A stretch of DNA of 60,999 nt, filler included, from Globobulimina sp. (GCA_003354225.1; 13 parts of 13 records of this genome joined end to end with filler, not necessarily neighbours in it); one strand, 5' to 3'. Positions 47,087 to 60,288 are shown, numbered from the whole stretch's first letter. Program-made: numbers and translations. The notes: generated from the sequence alone by a model not told the origin.

Positions 47087-47899
47087 TTACAATCTGTTTT
47101 GCAAATGGTTCAACTGAATGTTATGTAGATGTATCGCACAGGGATAGATAATCTTAATTATAATATAACTGTTTTGCAAACAATCAATATAGCTTTGCAG
47201 CAACAGTCCATCTGATGTGCCACCATCGGAAATATGTTTAACTGATAGTAATACACAAAAAATATGATATGCAATTTGCTTCAAATATTTTATATTTTCT
47301 ACATTTGATAGTATTTTGTGATCGGACTTTAATTTGAATATATTTTGTATTTTAAACTGTGTTTCAAGCTCATCGAATAAAGTAAAACAGCGCTGATAAA
47401 TATGTTGCCTAATTTGTAAACCAACTTCGTTTATATTCATATCAGTTTTCATCATTTCATAAATAAACCAAAATAAGGCGCAAAGGTATAATGCCGGAGA
47501 TACACAAAATATAAAAGAACAAAACAAACAAAATACTGTAATTCCGAACAAATGACAACTGGAAGTAAACATTTGTTGAATAGATAGTTTATTTTTAATC
47601 TCGCTCCATACATAGCGGTGTAGGCCGGGTAGCATTACATTTTCTGATTTGGCTTCTTTATCAATAAAATAACAAAGGAAAAAGATAATGGATGTAATGA
47701 GTGTGCTGGTCATTGCACACCAAACTATCAATGGGATGTTTAAGATGAATGCATGGAACTGAATTGGTATAATTCTTTCCAAAACAATTAGAGGTATCAC
47801 CCATGTAAATAAACAAAGAATTGGTACGAACGCAAATAATATTATTATCACCATTGCAACTGAATAGTAGTCATTAGTAGAAAGCAGAAAGTATAACAA
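47087..47899 (-). CDS. Hypothetical multi-pass membrane protein (ends uncertain)
   Basis: 270-codon ORF with several hydrophobic segments. Confidence 0.5.
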   Translation of the reverse strand: MLYFLLSTNDYYSVAMVIIILFAFVPILCLFTWVIPLIVLERIIPIQFHAFILNIPLIVWCAMTSTLITSIIFFLCYFIDKEAKSENVMLPGLHRYVWSEIKNKLSIQQMFTSSCHLFGITVFCLFCSFIFCVSPALYLCALFWFIYEMMKTDMNINEVGLQIRQHIYQRCFTLFDELETQFKIQNIFKLKSDHKILSNVENIKYLKQIAYHIFCVLLSVKHISDGGTSDGLLLQSYIDCLQNSYIIIKIIYPCAIHLHNIQLNHLQNRL

Positions 47900-48259
47900 T
47901 TATTGTGCTATATATATATATATTACATAACTAAATTGTACGATAGTTTGGCAGTTGTTTGACGCGCCATACAGCAAGCATCGCAACCGGGGTGGCAACA
48001 TGATTCAAATGATTTTGCGACTATTTATTCACCAAAGACAACCAGATCTTGAAACCAGACTTGAAACCGAAAAATATCTTTAAAAAACTTTAAAAAACTT
48101 AGCCAATCACAAAAGAAGTGTTTAGAAGTGTGAACCTAAAAAGTCGAGTGTATCGTTTTTTTAGTTAAAATTATATTCACCAAACTCAGAGTCAAAAAAA
48201 GAGCAGGTAGTAATTTATATATATAATATCCCCCAAAAAATGCTATGATGTTTCACAAT

Positions 48260-49789
48260 TCACAGTGGCTTTTGTCCAATTGATAACACAGTATCACTAA
48301 ATATGAAACCTGCGACTCCCCCTATAATGATCGCGATTGGTGTGGGAACCTTCCAAAATGCAACTAACGACGCAGTAATCAGCACAACACATGAATCCGC
48401 CACAGTATTTACTGCAGAACTCCATAACTTTACACACGCAGACACCAGCAATCCAATAGCAGCACAATTTATCCCTTCCATCATTATTTGAAACCAAATC
48501 CATTTCTTAAACGTTTTCATAATCGGCAAAAACGCCAAAATAAGCAACATTCCAGGCGCAAACAATGAAAACCAAGCAAACAATGCGCCAAATATGCCAT
48601 ACAGCAAAGCACCAATATATGCTGCAATTTTGCATGACAGCGGTCCCGGCAACACCTGTGACAAAGCGTACCCAGTCCAAAATTGCTCCTCTGACATCCA
48701 TTCCGTATCCACAACTTCGCCAAACAGCATTGGTAATATCACTTGACCGCCACCGTAGACAATGCTTCCTGTTCGCCACAGGGATTCGAATAAAATCCAT
48801 ATCGAATCTGCCAATCTGTTGGTTTCATAACGCAATAAAATAAATGCAAACAATACAATCAGCCAAACAGCAATCAACAGCACGCTTTTTGCATATATTA
48901 TTTTATTTTGATTTGTTCCCATATCATTAGCAATTGTTTCTGCATCATTTTCGCCAAATTTTTGATATAAATCCTTCCTGAATGGAAGTAACGAGTCGCA
49001 ATAAGTACATAAGCCACCTCCAAATATCACAAATGGATAAACAAATCCCTTCGCTTGGTTGGATACTATTTTTTCGTCGATGGCAGTTACAAATAAAATT
49101 ATAATCGTTGATAACAAAGAAATCAGCAATAAAATATTAAATTGTTTTCCCTTTTCGAAATTGAGTTTTTTATTTCCGAAAATACATTTATTTCCCAATT
49201 TGAATGAAGCAATAAATACAAGCGATATCGCAGATGGCGCCAACCCGCTCATCCAATCCGGTGTGTTGCTAAGATGTAATTGGTTGATGCCTAAACCTAC
49301 CAATGTGGATACAATAAAACATGGTAAATTCCATAAAAAAAAGGCAATTATTCCTCCAATATATCCACCGTGGTTGAATGCAATGGCAACCACCAACTGA
49401 GTGGCTGAGGGACCTGGCAATGCCTGACATAATGCTAATAATTCTAAAAATAAATCTTCGTCCAACCATTGCTTGGATTCTACGAATCGTTCATGTAATA
49501 TCGCATAAGCGGCGGGACCACCAAAGGCAACGAAACCTAAAGGTAAATAACTCAGAAACACTTGTTTCCATCTCGATAAATAACTGTTTGCTTCTTCTTC
49601 ATCCCCAACTAGTTGTAATTGTGTCTGTGTCTCTGTCTCTGTTCGTTCAATTTCTTTCTCATCACCGTCTTCATTGGCTATGTAATTGAAATGTTAGTAA
49701 TGATCGGATCAAAAATCATGATTACTAATATTTTATACATATGTACCTGATACTGATACTGAGTCATATGAACCATTTGTTTCGTGCAT
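48260..49789 (-). CDS. Chromate ion transporter (CHR family, long-chain); exon 1 49789-49747, intron 49746-49678
   Basis: LGFVAFGGP, FVE..WL.E..F.EL.ALCQALPGP and second repeat GSIVYGGGQV..F..GYALSQVLPGP. Confidence 0.92.
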
Positions 49790-49897
49790 CTGTAAAATAT
49801 TGCTAATTTATTCGCTGCTAAAACTGGAGCATGGTTTGTTTTGTGCTAAATAAAAAAGAGATTTTTCAAACATAAAAAATATATCAACTACTGCAAC

Positions 49898-50493
49898 ATG
49901 TTAGCAATTTTCTTATTCTCGTTAATTGGTTTGGTAGCATATGGACAACATGCAAAATGCTATATGAGCATAACAGTCAATAGTACAACAATCAGTGCTT
50001 TAAATGATTCCATTGTCAAAATGGTGCAACGTCGACAAGGTATTCCGCCTGATGATGTTCAAACGTGTTCGTATGCTACAGAAGAAGCCGAATTTTGTGG
50101 TTATTCAGTCGTACAATTAACTGCTACTAATAATCAGTTTAGTTTTATTTAAAAATATTATTGTTTGTCTATATAATATAATTAATATATACACTGTATT
50201 CCATAAGTTTCCAGCATGAAACACCAGTCCATAAATACATTGATGATTTGAATTGGTCCAATTGGAAACAAAACGGACAGAATGTCGTAGTTCAAGTTGA
50301 CTCTTTATCGGAACCAACATCCATCGCTGATTATGATACCAACTTTTGTAATAATTTTAATTTATTTAGAAATGGTAGTGTTCATCAATTAAATTATCAA
50401 ATCAGTATTGAGTATACAAAGTGTACCAATGCTCATCATCCAGACACTTCAAAAAATTGGGATGCTGCTTACAAACAATGCGATATTTATTAA
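49898..50493 (+). CDS. Small secreted Cys-containing protein, two exons
   Basis: Signal peptide in ORF 49898-50152 and downstream ORF 50248-50493 separated by AT-rich intron-like DNA. Confidence 0.5.
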
Positions 50494-50590
50494 CCTAAAT
50501 AAAATACGTACTATATTATATTTTTACTTGTAATTTAATTAATTTTTGCTTGAAAAAAAAACTTGTTATTCACAACACTTTACTTACAAC

Positions 50591-51608
50591 ATGGTAGCGT
50601 CAGCAGTGTTTATCACAGACTTGAAAGGGAAACCATTAATTCATCGCAATTACCGAGGAAACATTCCCCTATCCATCACCGATGAATTTCAACGTATCTT
50701 AGTCGAAAACGACGAGAGTGAATTACGACCAATCTTAGTCGACAAAGGCGTCACTTTTTGTTTCGTAGAACATAACGATTTATTCTTATTAGGCGTAACC
50801 AGGGTGAACGCGAACGTGATGTTGATCTTAAATTTCTTAAACAAAATCATCGAAGTCTTCGAGGACTATTTCGAAGGCTTAGAGCAAGAATCCATCCGTG
50901 ATAATTTCGTGTTAATCTACGAATTATTGGACGAAATGTGTGACTTCGGCTATCCCCAACATACCGACAGCAAAATGCTCAAAGATTACATTTGCGTGCA
51001 AGAGAAGCATAAATTGGACGTGACCGACTTGAAAAAAGCCAAAGAAGTGTCCACCTCCATCACGGGCAACGTGCCGTGGCGCAAAGACGGCATCAAACAC
51101 AAAAAAAACGAAGCCTTCTTGGACGTAGTGGAGAAATTAAATTTATTGGTGGCCAGCAACGGCACTGTGCTCCATTCCGAGATATTGGGTTCGTTGAAAA
51201 TGAAATCGTATTTGAGTGGGATGCCGGAGTTGAAATTGGGTCTAAATGACAAAATAATGATGGAACGGCGCAGACGGCGCCGTTCGCGGAGGCGCAACAC
51301 CAAAATGGTGGAGATGGACGATATCAGATTCCATCAATGTGTGCGGTTGGCGCGGTTCGAGACGGACCGCACCATTTCCTTCATTCCGCCCGATGGCGAG
51401 TTCGAATTAATGTCATATCGCTTGGACACGGAGGTTCGCCCTCTGATTTGGGTGGAATGCCACCAAGACATCAAATCGCATTCGCGCATCGAGTATATGA
51501 TCAAAGTCAAAAGTGAGTTTAAGCGGCGGTCCACGGCCAATAATGTGGAGATATTAATCCCTGTGCCGGCCGATGCGGATTCGCCGTCGTTTAAGACCTC
51601 GATGGGGA
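50591..51608 (+). CDS. AP1M: AP-1 adaptor complex mu subunit, 3'-truncated
   Basis: MVASAVFITDLKGK..RNYRG, ESIRDNFVLIYELLDE, SYLSGMPELKLGLND, FHQCVRLARFE.DRTISFIPPDGEFELMSYRL, KRRSTANNVEI. Confidence 0.96.
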
Positions 51609-51708
51609 NNNNNNNNNNNNNNNNNNNNNNNNNNNNNNNNNNNNNNNNNNNNTTAATTAATTAANNNNNNNNNNNNNNNNNNNNNNNNNNNNNNNNNNNN
51701 NNNNNNNN

Positions 51709-53462
51709 AAGAAATAATTGCAAGTCCCTTTTCTTTATCACACACGATTTTACCATCAATATATTCATTCATATTTTTATTTCTCTATGCACGAATGGGA
51801 ATGTTCCAAGCAAGACAATTCTACAAACAACGCAACCATTTAATCCTAATTAAAAGATACGGGAATATTACGCTGTGGAGTGCTTATTTTTTGATTATGA
51901 AATTATTCATAATATCTGGCACTCAATTTCTGTTAATTGGATGGAGTCCATTCTCTCTTCATTTTATTATCGGTGACACCGTTGTTTCCAGTTTCACGCA
52001 CATAATATTTTGGTTTTGGGTGTACAGATTCTGGATGAATCATTTTAATATTTGTTTTCAGAGAGCAATAATTAACCATCAATGGAAAAAATGTTTAAAT
52101 CCCTTGCTATCTCCGTCGTATTTAAAAAAGAAAAATTGGTATTACTTAAATCGAACTAAATTTGGACATAAAAAATGGATGTTAACACATTTTATAATTC
52201 CAATCATTATAATTTCAATTGTTTCCGATGCAATTCCCAGAATATATTCGTGGAGCATCACATCCATTGATACGGATCGCAGAGATTATGGATTAATTAA
52301 TTTCGTCCCACACATAATATATTTCACGCCATATGTATGTCTATTAATTATTTTCCAAAAAACGCCACGAATTAAAGATAATTTGTTTATCTCCGACGAA
52401 TTATTGAAAATATTCCTATCTCTGACCATCAACAATTGCAGTTATTGTATCATTCAATTTGTTTATTTTTTGTGTTGGGGCCACCAGCAATGTAATTATA
52501 TCGAGACAATAAATATTTTGAGCTATTTTATAATCATTACATTCCAATGGATTTGTGTCATGATATCAACATATTGGGTACTGCAAAAATTAGCATTTAT
52601 TTTAAGGTTTGTACGTAATCTAATTTATGTCGTTTGTGTTGTACATAGTATTCAGAAACGAATAAAATGTACAAAAAACACTTCTTTTTTAAGTACAAAG
52701 TCATTGGAGTTGAGGGATTTAAGTAATTTAAGTTTTTCCGAATCGAGAGAGAGAAGTATGAGGAAAATTAACTTTATTAAACATATAAAGCATATCCCAC
52801 TAATCGATCAATGCAAACTTGAGGATGACCCTTCAATGAGTTTAATTGAATTGAATTTGAAGAAAAAGAACGATGAGATTGGGACGCAAGATTTTAATGT
52901 CCCAATGATTAATATATTTAGTCATCACTTTTCGTTTGAATTGTTTATGAATCATTTATATAATGAGCTATGTATGGAAATTTTATTGTCGTTTTGTGAA
53001 TTTATTCAGTTTCAACAGTATGTTTTAAAATATATTCACGTAAATTCCATCAGATTGGAGTCAAATCATTCGTTATTTGAAACTGTGATATTTTGTGAAA
53101 AGATACCTAAATCTTTGATTGTTTATGGTGTCGAATGTGTTAAAGGCAAAATAATCAGTGATGAGATGTTGACCATGGAGTTAAATGAGTTTGTGGTGAT
53201 AATGAGACAGAGAGCAAAGCAGTTGTATGAAAAATATTTGACACCAAATTGTACGCTGGAAATAAATATACCATATGATAAGAAAAAAAGAATTAGACAT
53301 CATTTTGATGAGAATGAGAATGAGAATAAAATGGATGTTTATGGTTTGTTGGATGTATTTGATTCGTGCGTTGATGAAATGTGGCTATTAATGCAGGACT
53401 CATTTAATCGATTTAAAAATACTCATAATTATGAAAAAATAAAAAAATTGATCTTTGCGTGA
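51709..53462 (+). CDS. 7TM-RGS protein (multi-pass membrane region plus C-terminal RGS domain), probably 5'-truncated
   Basis: TM segments then FELFMNHL..E.CMEILL, LYEKYL...TLEINI, VFD....MWLLMQDSFNRF. Confidence 0.85.
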
Positions 53463-53473
53463 AATAATATATA

Positions 53474-53533
53474 TTGAGGCTCTTCACACAAAAAAATATT
53501 TTTTTTTTATTTGTTTTGTTTGAAGAGCCTCAA
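53474..53533. repeat. Inverted repeat / hairpin between convergent genes
   Basis: TTGAGGCTCTTCA (53474-53486) and TGAAGAGCCTCAA (53521-53533), extending imperfectly inward. Confidence 0.8.
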
Positions 53534-53584
53534 ATCGAAGTACTTTAAGACAACTTCCTCGATGCTTTCAACATTATATACATC

Positions 53585-54745
53585 TTAAAACTGCTCCCGA
53601 TCTTTCATGAATGAAGAAACTTCACTGTGCCATCCATCATATTTAACATGTTTTGAAAATTTTAATTTATTAATTTTTTTCAAATTTGTTTTTTTTTGTT
53701 TTGAATAGTTTCTACGTTGGTTTTTATATTTTTTCTGTATTGCCATATCAGTCCATTTATCTTTTGGTACAATCTGATAAAATTGAATATGAACTCTCGG
53801 GATATATTCCTTTGTCTCTCCGTATTCCCATTCTGATGTATTAAACATTGCATCGATATCACTTTCTTCTAAATTTGATTTACAAAATTGTTTCACAGCA
53901 TTATCAATCTCGTTTTTATCCCAATCAATATAATTATTCCATCTTTCACATTTATCATTGTCTGATATTAACTCAAGTTCCTCCAAAATACTTATTTTAT
54001 TAATTTCTTCAACCCACAAATCCCTGTAATTTTCAATAATTCCGAGCAATTCAACTCTTGTAATCATTAAAACAATTCTTTGAAATGTTTTGCTTGTTTT
54101 TGTATTAAACATAAGATATTTGGTTGATCGATTTAAATCAAATAAAAATTTATCCGCTTTTTCTATTATATCGGACTCTTTGTGATGTTTTTTAAATAAT
54201 TTTAATGACAAAATAGTTTGTAAATGTTGACCATTAAAGTTGTCATCAAAAGACTGATTTATCAATTTAGAAATATTTTGTTTTTTCATACAATTTAATA
54301 TGTCGTCGGAGTTGCAATATAAAATAAAAGATTGACAGAGTTTCCATTTTAAAATATCCATACATTCGTTTGTAATGTCGTTTCCATTGTTTCTTAATTT
54401 AATTTGCGTAATAAATTGTGAATGGAACCATGCAGAATGATGGAAATCTGAATTCAGATTCGATATAGATTTTGATTTGTGTTTTTTCATATGTTGCAAA
54501 CGAATTTGTGCTCTTCCACTCATACACGATATTTGACCTTTAAATACATGTCCTCCCCAATATGTAATGGATACTTTTTTTTGTAAATATTTATCTTCGT
54601 CACATTCATATAATTTTCGGAGAGAAAAAGAAAATGATTTGATTATCAAATTGGTTCTTTTTGTTTCCACCGCAGTGTAGGAATCAACCATAATTAAACA
54701 AGTGCGGATAATCAATCTCTTATATCTCTTGAGCGAGTATAACAA
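53585..54745 (-). CDS. Hypothetical protein
   Basis: 386-codon ORF, no recognised motif. Confidence 0.6.
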   Translation of the reverse strand: MLYSLKRYKRLIIRTCLIMVDSYTAVETKRTNLIIKSFSFSLRKLYECDEDKYLQKKVSITYWGGHVFKGQISCMSGRAQIRLQHMKKHKSKSISNLNSDFHHSAWFHSQFITQIKLRNNGNDITNECMDILKWKLCQSFILYCNSDDILNCMKKQNISKLINQSFDDNFNGQHLQTILSLKLFKKHHKESDIIEKADKFLFDLNRSTKYLMFNTKTSKTFQRIVLMITRVELLGIIENYRDLWVEEINKISILEELELISDNDKCERWNNYIDWDKNEIDNAVKQFCKSNLEESDIDAMFNTSEWEYGETKEYIPRVHIQFYQIVPKDKWTDMAIQKKYKNQRRNYSKQKKTNLKKINKLKFSKHVKYDGWHSEVSSFMKDREQF

Positions 54746-55116
54746 TATAGCTATTATAGCTTTGAGCTATGGTTTTTTACTTACTTGAACCAACACATTT
54801 TACCACTTCCTCCCAGCGTCCTTTCTAATCAAATCCAATCTAAGCATCAGAAATGGCACAAAGGGCAAGGGCACAAAGTGATCCATCATCCAAACTCCTT
54901 TCAAACATACATAAAGCGGAAACACAGGTTTAATAAGATATTTGTTAATTGCCATACACACAAGTGACACAACTTGCTTTGCAATGAATATAGACGAATC
55001 AAGACTTATTTAGCATCGAACTAAAAAACACAACTGATGTTGATAAGGAGAAAAAAGATGAAGAAAATGAATTAAAAAGAGAGGAATTAGATGAAGAATA
55101 TGAAAATCACATCAAA

Positions 55117-55872
55117 TTGCCATGTTATTATTATTTAATCAAAATATTACTACTAATTAGTATTTTAATTGAAAATGGCTCTGCTGTCATTTTATTGAAC
55201 ACTGAACTCTACAAAGAAGCCGATATCTTTTGGGTTATGTGTTCCTTTGCAATTCTTAGCGCAAGTTTCAATAATTATCGATGGATTGTGTTGTGTGAAA
55301 TAATTCAAACCATCTTATTTGTTTATTTCAGTCATTGGACCAATTCTTCATTGTATACATTTATTCCAATATGTTTTTTTCAGATGATTTGTCATTTATT
55401 TTTGGATTCAATGAATAATGATAATTTTGCAGAAAATGGTCAACGTGAAAGGTCAGAACTTAAAAAAACGATAGCAACTTATGGACAAACCATTACATCT
55501 GTTATTTTATTATATTTTGATGATTCTGCCCCATTTTTAAGTATCTATTATCAGTTCGGATTAACATTTATGATTTGGATGGGAAGTTTACAGAGTGAAA
55601 TCAATGTTTATTTTACAAAATATAAAAAATATTTTAATCCCAAATTATTTTATCATGGAATGATAGCGTTATTTTGGATTTGTAATCTCGGTTGTGTATA
55701 TATTTGGGCCGTGCTCAATTTTGTATTGTGTATAATTTATTTATCTCAAAATGATATAACCAAAATGAATGATTATGAATTGGGTTATACCATTTTTATG
55801 TTAATTGGGTATGGATGTATTTCTCTTTGTTTTTGTTGTTGTTTGGTTTGCTCAATGTTTGCAAGTCAGTAG
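55117..55872 (+). CDS. Hypothetical multi-pass membrane protein (5' exons likely from about 54850)
   Basis: Multiple hydrophobic segments and Cys-rich C-terminus. Confidence 0.55.
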   Translation: MPCYYYLIKILLLISILIENGSAVILLNTELYKEADIFWVMCSFAILSASFNNYRWIVLCEIIQTILFVYFSHWTNSSLYTFIPICFFQMICHLFLDSMNNDNFAENGQRERSELKKTIATYGQTITSVILLYFDDSAPFLSIYYQFGLTFMIWMGSLQSEINVYFTKYKKYFNPKLFYHGMIALFWICNLGCVYIWAVLNFVLCIIYLSQNDITKMNDYELGYTIFMLIGYGCISLCFCCCLVCSMFASQ

Positions 55873-55944
55873 GAAACAAATTAAATGAATAAAAATTGTT
55901 TGTTTGTTATTTGAATTTAATTATTACTATTTTCAACGTTTCAA

Positions 55945-56093
55945 AAAGAGCATCCGGTTTTCAGCGTCAGATTTTTATTGTTTCTGAGAAACGAAGGCAA
56001 ACCGATATTATTTTTACCTTTATCAGTCACCAGAAACGGTTTGCTTATACCTTACCCCAATAAAAATCTGACGCTGAAGACCGGATGCTCTTT
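55945..56093. mobile_element. MITE-like element with 36-bp terminal inverted repeats
   Basis: 55945-55980 is the reverse complement of 56058-56093 with one mismatch; internal GCAAACCG/CGGTTTGC pair; non-coding. Confidence 0.7.
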
Positions 56094-56405
56094 ACTCAGA
56101 ACATAACTTATAACAAAGGTGGGTACTGTTATCTAAACAGATGCTTGTGCCAGATTCTGTGATCATATCATCTGCAATTGTGAAATCATCAACAGTTGGT
56201 TTTCAAATGCCAAACGTATCCGGAATGGAATGTATGTTTCAAGCAGCTCATCCAGTAATTCATAAACAAAAAGTTGTACAGTATACATTTCATTCACTCT
56301 GTTTTNNNNNNNNNNNNNNNNNNNNNNNNNNNNNNNNNNNNNNNNNNNNTTAATTAATTAANNNNNNNNNNNNNNNNNNNNNNNNNNNNNNNNNNNNNNN
56401 NNNNN

Positions 56406-57147
56406 GGTTGACTTTATATAATTTGTGTTGATATTTGCTTTTATTATTAATCAAATGTTGTAATGCAATAAATACTAAAAATCTATTTTTCCTTATTTTC
56501 ACTTTTAATTTTCTTAATTCTTCATTATTCTTAATATCATTCAATGCAGTTTCTATATTCCAAAATGATATATTTATTCCATTATTATGCAATGGTTTAT
56601 ATTTTGATTTGAATAATGGATCAGTAATGATTCGTTTTTCTAACATTGTCGAATTAAAAAAAGATGAGATATCATAAAATGATGTAAAATGTTGAATTCC
56701 TAACAAATTATAAAGAGTTTTATTATCCAAATGTAACACTAAAAATGGTAAACAATTTCGAAAGAATGTGTGAGTTAAACTTGATTCATAATCCATCAGT
56801 CCATCATTATCATTTTTATCCTCATCCACATCGATATCAATTAACGAACTTTGTGATTTAAATAGATGGATACTTTGTGATCGTAATCTGGATACTTTTT
56901 GGGAATGTTTTGCAGATTTTCTATCTGATAATATTGCTTTAATTTGCTTTTTTTTAACAAATAAACCATATTTCTCTTTACAAACAAAATAATATCTCCC
57001 GCTATCCATCCCATCATTATTACCATTTGGCGTCGTTAATTTTATCCCATACCATTTTCCCCTTTTACCCCGCATTTTGCCCATATACTTTACTGTGCCA
57101 TGGTAACCGTTGCTGAGTGCAACTACCGTGCCGACTGGATATGCCAT
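56406..57147 (-). CDS. CAP-Gly domain protein, 3'-truncated
   Basis: VGTVV..GTVKYMG..GKWYGIKL..PNGNNDG..G..YFVC..KYGLFV. Confidence 0.9.
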
Positions 57148-57203
57148 GAACAAAAGATTCAAGTTTTAATCTGCGTACTTCAGTTGTGTGTTTTTTTTGG
57201 AGC

Positions 57204-60200
57204 ATGTCACAACAACGTCATGTCAACATCCGCAATGGCAAAAAACCGACAATTCCTCGATTACAACGCATTAAACGGATGTCACTTTTAGAAGAAATAT
57301 CCTTAGCTGAAAAAGTAGGAACAATAGGTTTAACCTCACATAATATTGCCTCAATCGTAAACAAGCAAGAAGCAAAAAGTGGAAATGTAATAAACAATTT
57401 CTTATATGAATTTATTTGGGAGGAAGATAATAATGTTACCATTGTTGATGATACGACACCACATTATTTATCATATGCGGCAAAACGAAAAATAACACCA
57501 TGTAGACGCAAAAGAGTACAATCGGCAAAAACAAAGTTGACTCCATTCCAATCTATAAATGATTTAAAAACGCACAGATTCCACCTCGCCGAATTATTTA
57601 CAAACGATGGTATTTACTTTTATATGTATTGAATTTTAATATTCCTACCTTTGTTGTTTGCGATTATGCGTTAATATTTTAGATGAGACAAAGAAAGGTT
57701 TGGCAGAATGCTTTGATAAGGTACCATCGTATTATTTTGATGGTGAATATGAAGCATTGCCTTCTAAAAAAGAGAAAAAAATAAAAGAGAATGAATCATC
57801 GTCGTCAGAAACAGATGATTCTGATTATAAAATACAAGAAAAAAGTCGCATTCATAACTTATTATTACGAGACTGCAAAAATCATAAAATTTTGCGAAAC
57901 CAACAGAAATTAACCAATTATTTGGACATTGTTGAAGTGAATCTATTAAAACAAATTTGTATTCAATCTGAATCATTTTTTTCTGGTTTGGAGAATATTC
58001 AATTATTACAAAACGATGTATGTGATATATTGACAAATATTAAATATTTACGCACCAATTTGCATCGCATGGAGCAGTATGAAGTCATGTCATGGTCAAA
58101 AATAATAAATTTATCCATTCGCCAAATCAATTCAAACCACGTATTATCCGTATTGACCGATATTGAAAATTTACAAATATTTTTAAATCGCTTAAATACA
58201 CTCATTTTAGAAAATAAATACTCGCAATCTGTACAGATATTGACTGAATGCAAAATAATAATCAATAAGTATGGCAACAAAGTGTTAATAATTAACACTT
58301 TCGAGAAAAAATTAAATAAAATGCAATCCACTTTAAGCATTAAATTAATATACAAAATATGCGATATTTCACTAGAAATCAATGATAAATTGTTAAAAAA
58401 CAAGAAAAACAAAACACAAAAACAAGAAATAAATATCCACGAAGCAGGTATGTAAAAACAAAATGTGCATTTTAAAAACGTCGGAAATTTTATTCCGTAT
58501 ATAAGTCACTTAAAAAAGTTTTTCAGTGAAAATCCTATCAAAGCCTGACATGTCGTCCTTACGCATCTCACAGACTTCAAACAAAAAGCCAACACAGTGG
58601 AAGCATGCATAAAATCGTGTATTTTATTGCAAGACGCATCCAAATCTGTACAAACAATCTACAACGCCCTACAGACAAAATTCAACAGCAAAGTAAACGA
58701 AATATTATCCATCAACACCTACAACAATTCCATCAACAAATCCATCGCCATCGAGAGCTATATAGAAAATATTAGTGACTCCTCGCAATACATCATCATC
58801 TTACAAAACATCTTCATTTGGTGCGAGAGTGTGCTATTATCCATGCAATCCATTTGTGACTCCTTCACTCGATACTTAAACAAAGGCATCTTCGACAGCA
58901 TACAGTACAAACATGTCAATAAACAGTCCATTGCGTCGTACTGCAGTTCGTCTTCCACATATTGCAAATCTTTATGCTCTGAGATATTAAGTCTATGCTC
59001 CTCTCTCTTACAAAGCAGAGATCACAAAAACAGCTTAATGAGCTTATACGAATTGAAATCAGTCTTCGCCAAAACCTTATCTTTCCTACAAAACATCGAA
59101 TCCATTACATCCACCACATGCTATGATGTACGCGGTGTGCTACTGAAACAAGCACAAGCTTTCCTGGACCTATTCCACAAGGAACGCCTCAACAAATTGA
59201 ACCATACCTTATCCGGCGACAAATGGAGCTCAGTCAAAGTTAGCATGGATGTTCAGATCGAAGTGCAACAGCTTCAGACTGGCGAGAAAGGCAAAGGCGA
59301 CAAACATATCCCAGCTGCAGCCAGCGAGCAGACCGTCGGTGTGATGAGAACCAAAGATGCCATTTTGATCCACATCGATGATAAGAAGATCTTGGCCAAG
59401 ACGTGTATGAGCGAGCTGGTGCTGTGCGATGAGGATATTTATGACGAGAATGTGGACGATTTACGCTTCAAATCGGTGGCAAGTTTGCTATGTTTGATTG
59501 GCTTTGTTTATGAATATATAGAATGTGCCGGCAAGTTACCGCCGATTGCCTACGATGTGGAGAACAAATTGATTGAATTGTTTACGTTGTTCAACAGTAA
59601 GACTTGTCAGTTGGTGTTGGGTGCCGGCGCTATGCAGACAGTGTCGTTGAAGGCGATTACTGCCAAACATTTGGCGTTGGCGCAGCAGGCCATTTCGGTG
59701 TTGATCATATTGTTGCCGCAGATCCACAAGAAGTGGTTCGTGAGGATCATCCCTCGGAATTGTTTGCCGCTCATTATGGCGCAGATAAATCGGCTGAATG
59801 AGGACTTGGAGCAACACTCTAATGAGATATTTAAGAAATTGATATTGATTATGGAGCAAACTATAAATTTCAAATTTGATCAGCAATATCAAGTGTATTT
59901 ATTTGCGATGAAGACTATCGATGTGAAGCAGCATAAGGTGCATCCCTCGGTGTCTTCGCTGATGATGGAATGTAAGAAAATGCATCGGTTGATGCTGACC
60001 TATATGCAGTCGTATCAGATATCGATTATATTCAAACCGATTGTGATGCAGTTTGAGATGAAGTTGACGGCGTTGATTACGAAGATCCAGTCATTGCACA
60101 GTGGCAATATTGGAGGTGGAGGGCATAGGGATATTATAAATGAGAATGATGTGAAGGAGAAGGAGAAAAGAGATATGACGCAAGCCTTCCATTCGTTGAA

Positions 60201-60288
60201 TATGAGTGTTAAATTTATATCGGATAAACTAAATAGACTTAATTGTGAGGCGCAACATTTAGCGGATTTATGTATTGATATTGATTAA
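57204..60288 (+). CDS. VPS54: GARP complex subunit VPS54; exons 57204-57609, 57683-58447, 58574-60288
   Basis: QKLTNYLDIVEVNL..QI...SESFF; LFNSKTCQLVLGAGAM...LKAITAKHLALA; both phase-1 GT-AG introns restore the frame. Confidence 0.93.

Noticed and set aside
4606-56405. Regularly spaced TTAATTAATTAA palindromes as a biological repeat; gene clusters spanning them
   Set aside because: Artificial linkers within N runs; adjacent contigs are ordered by length, not linkage
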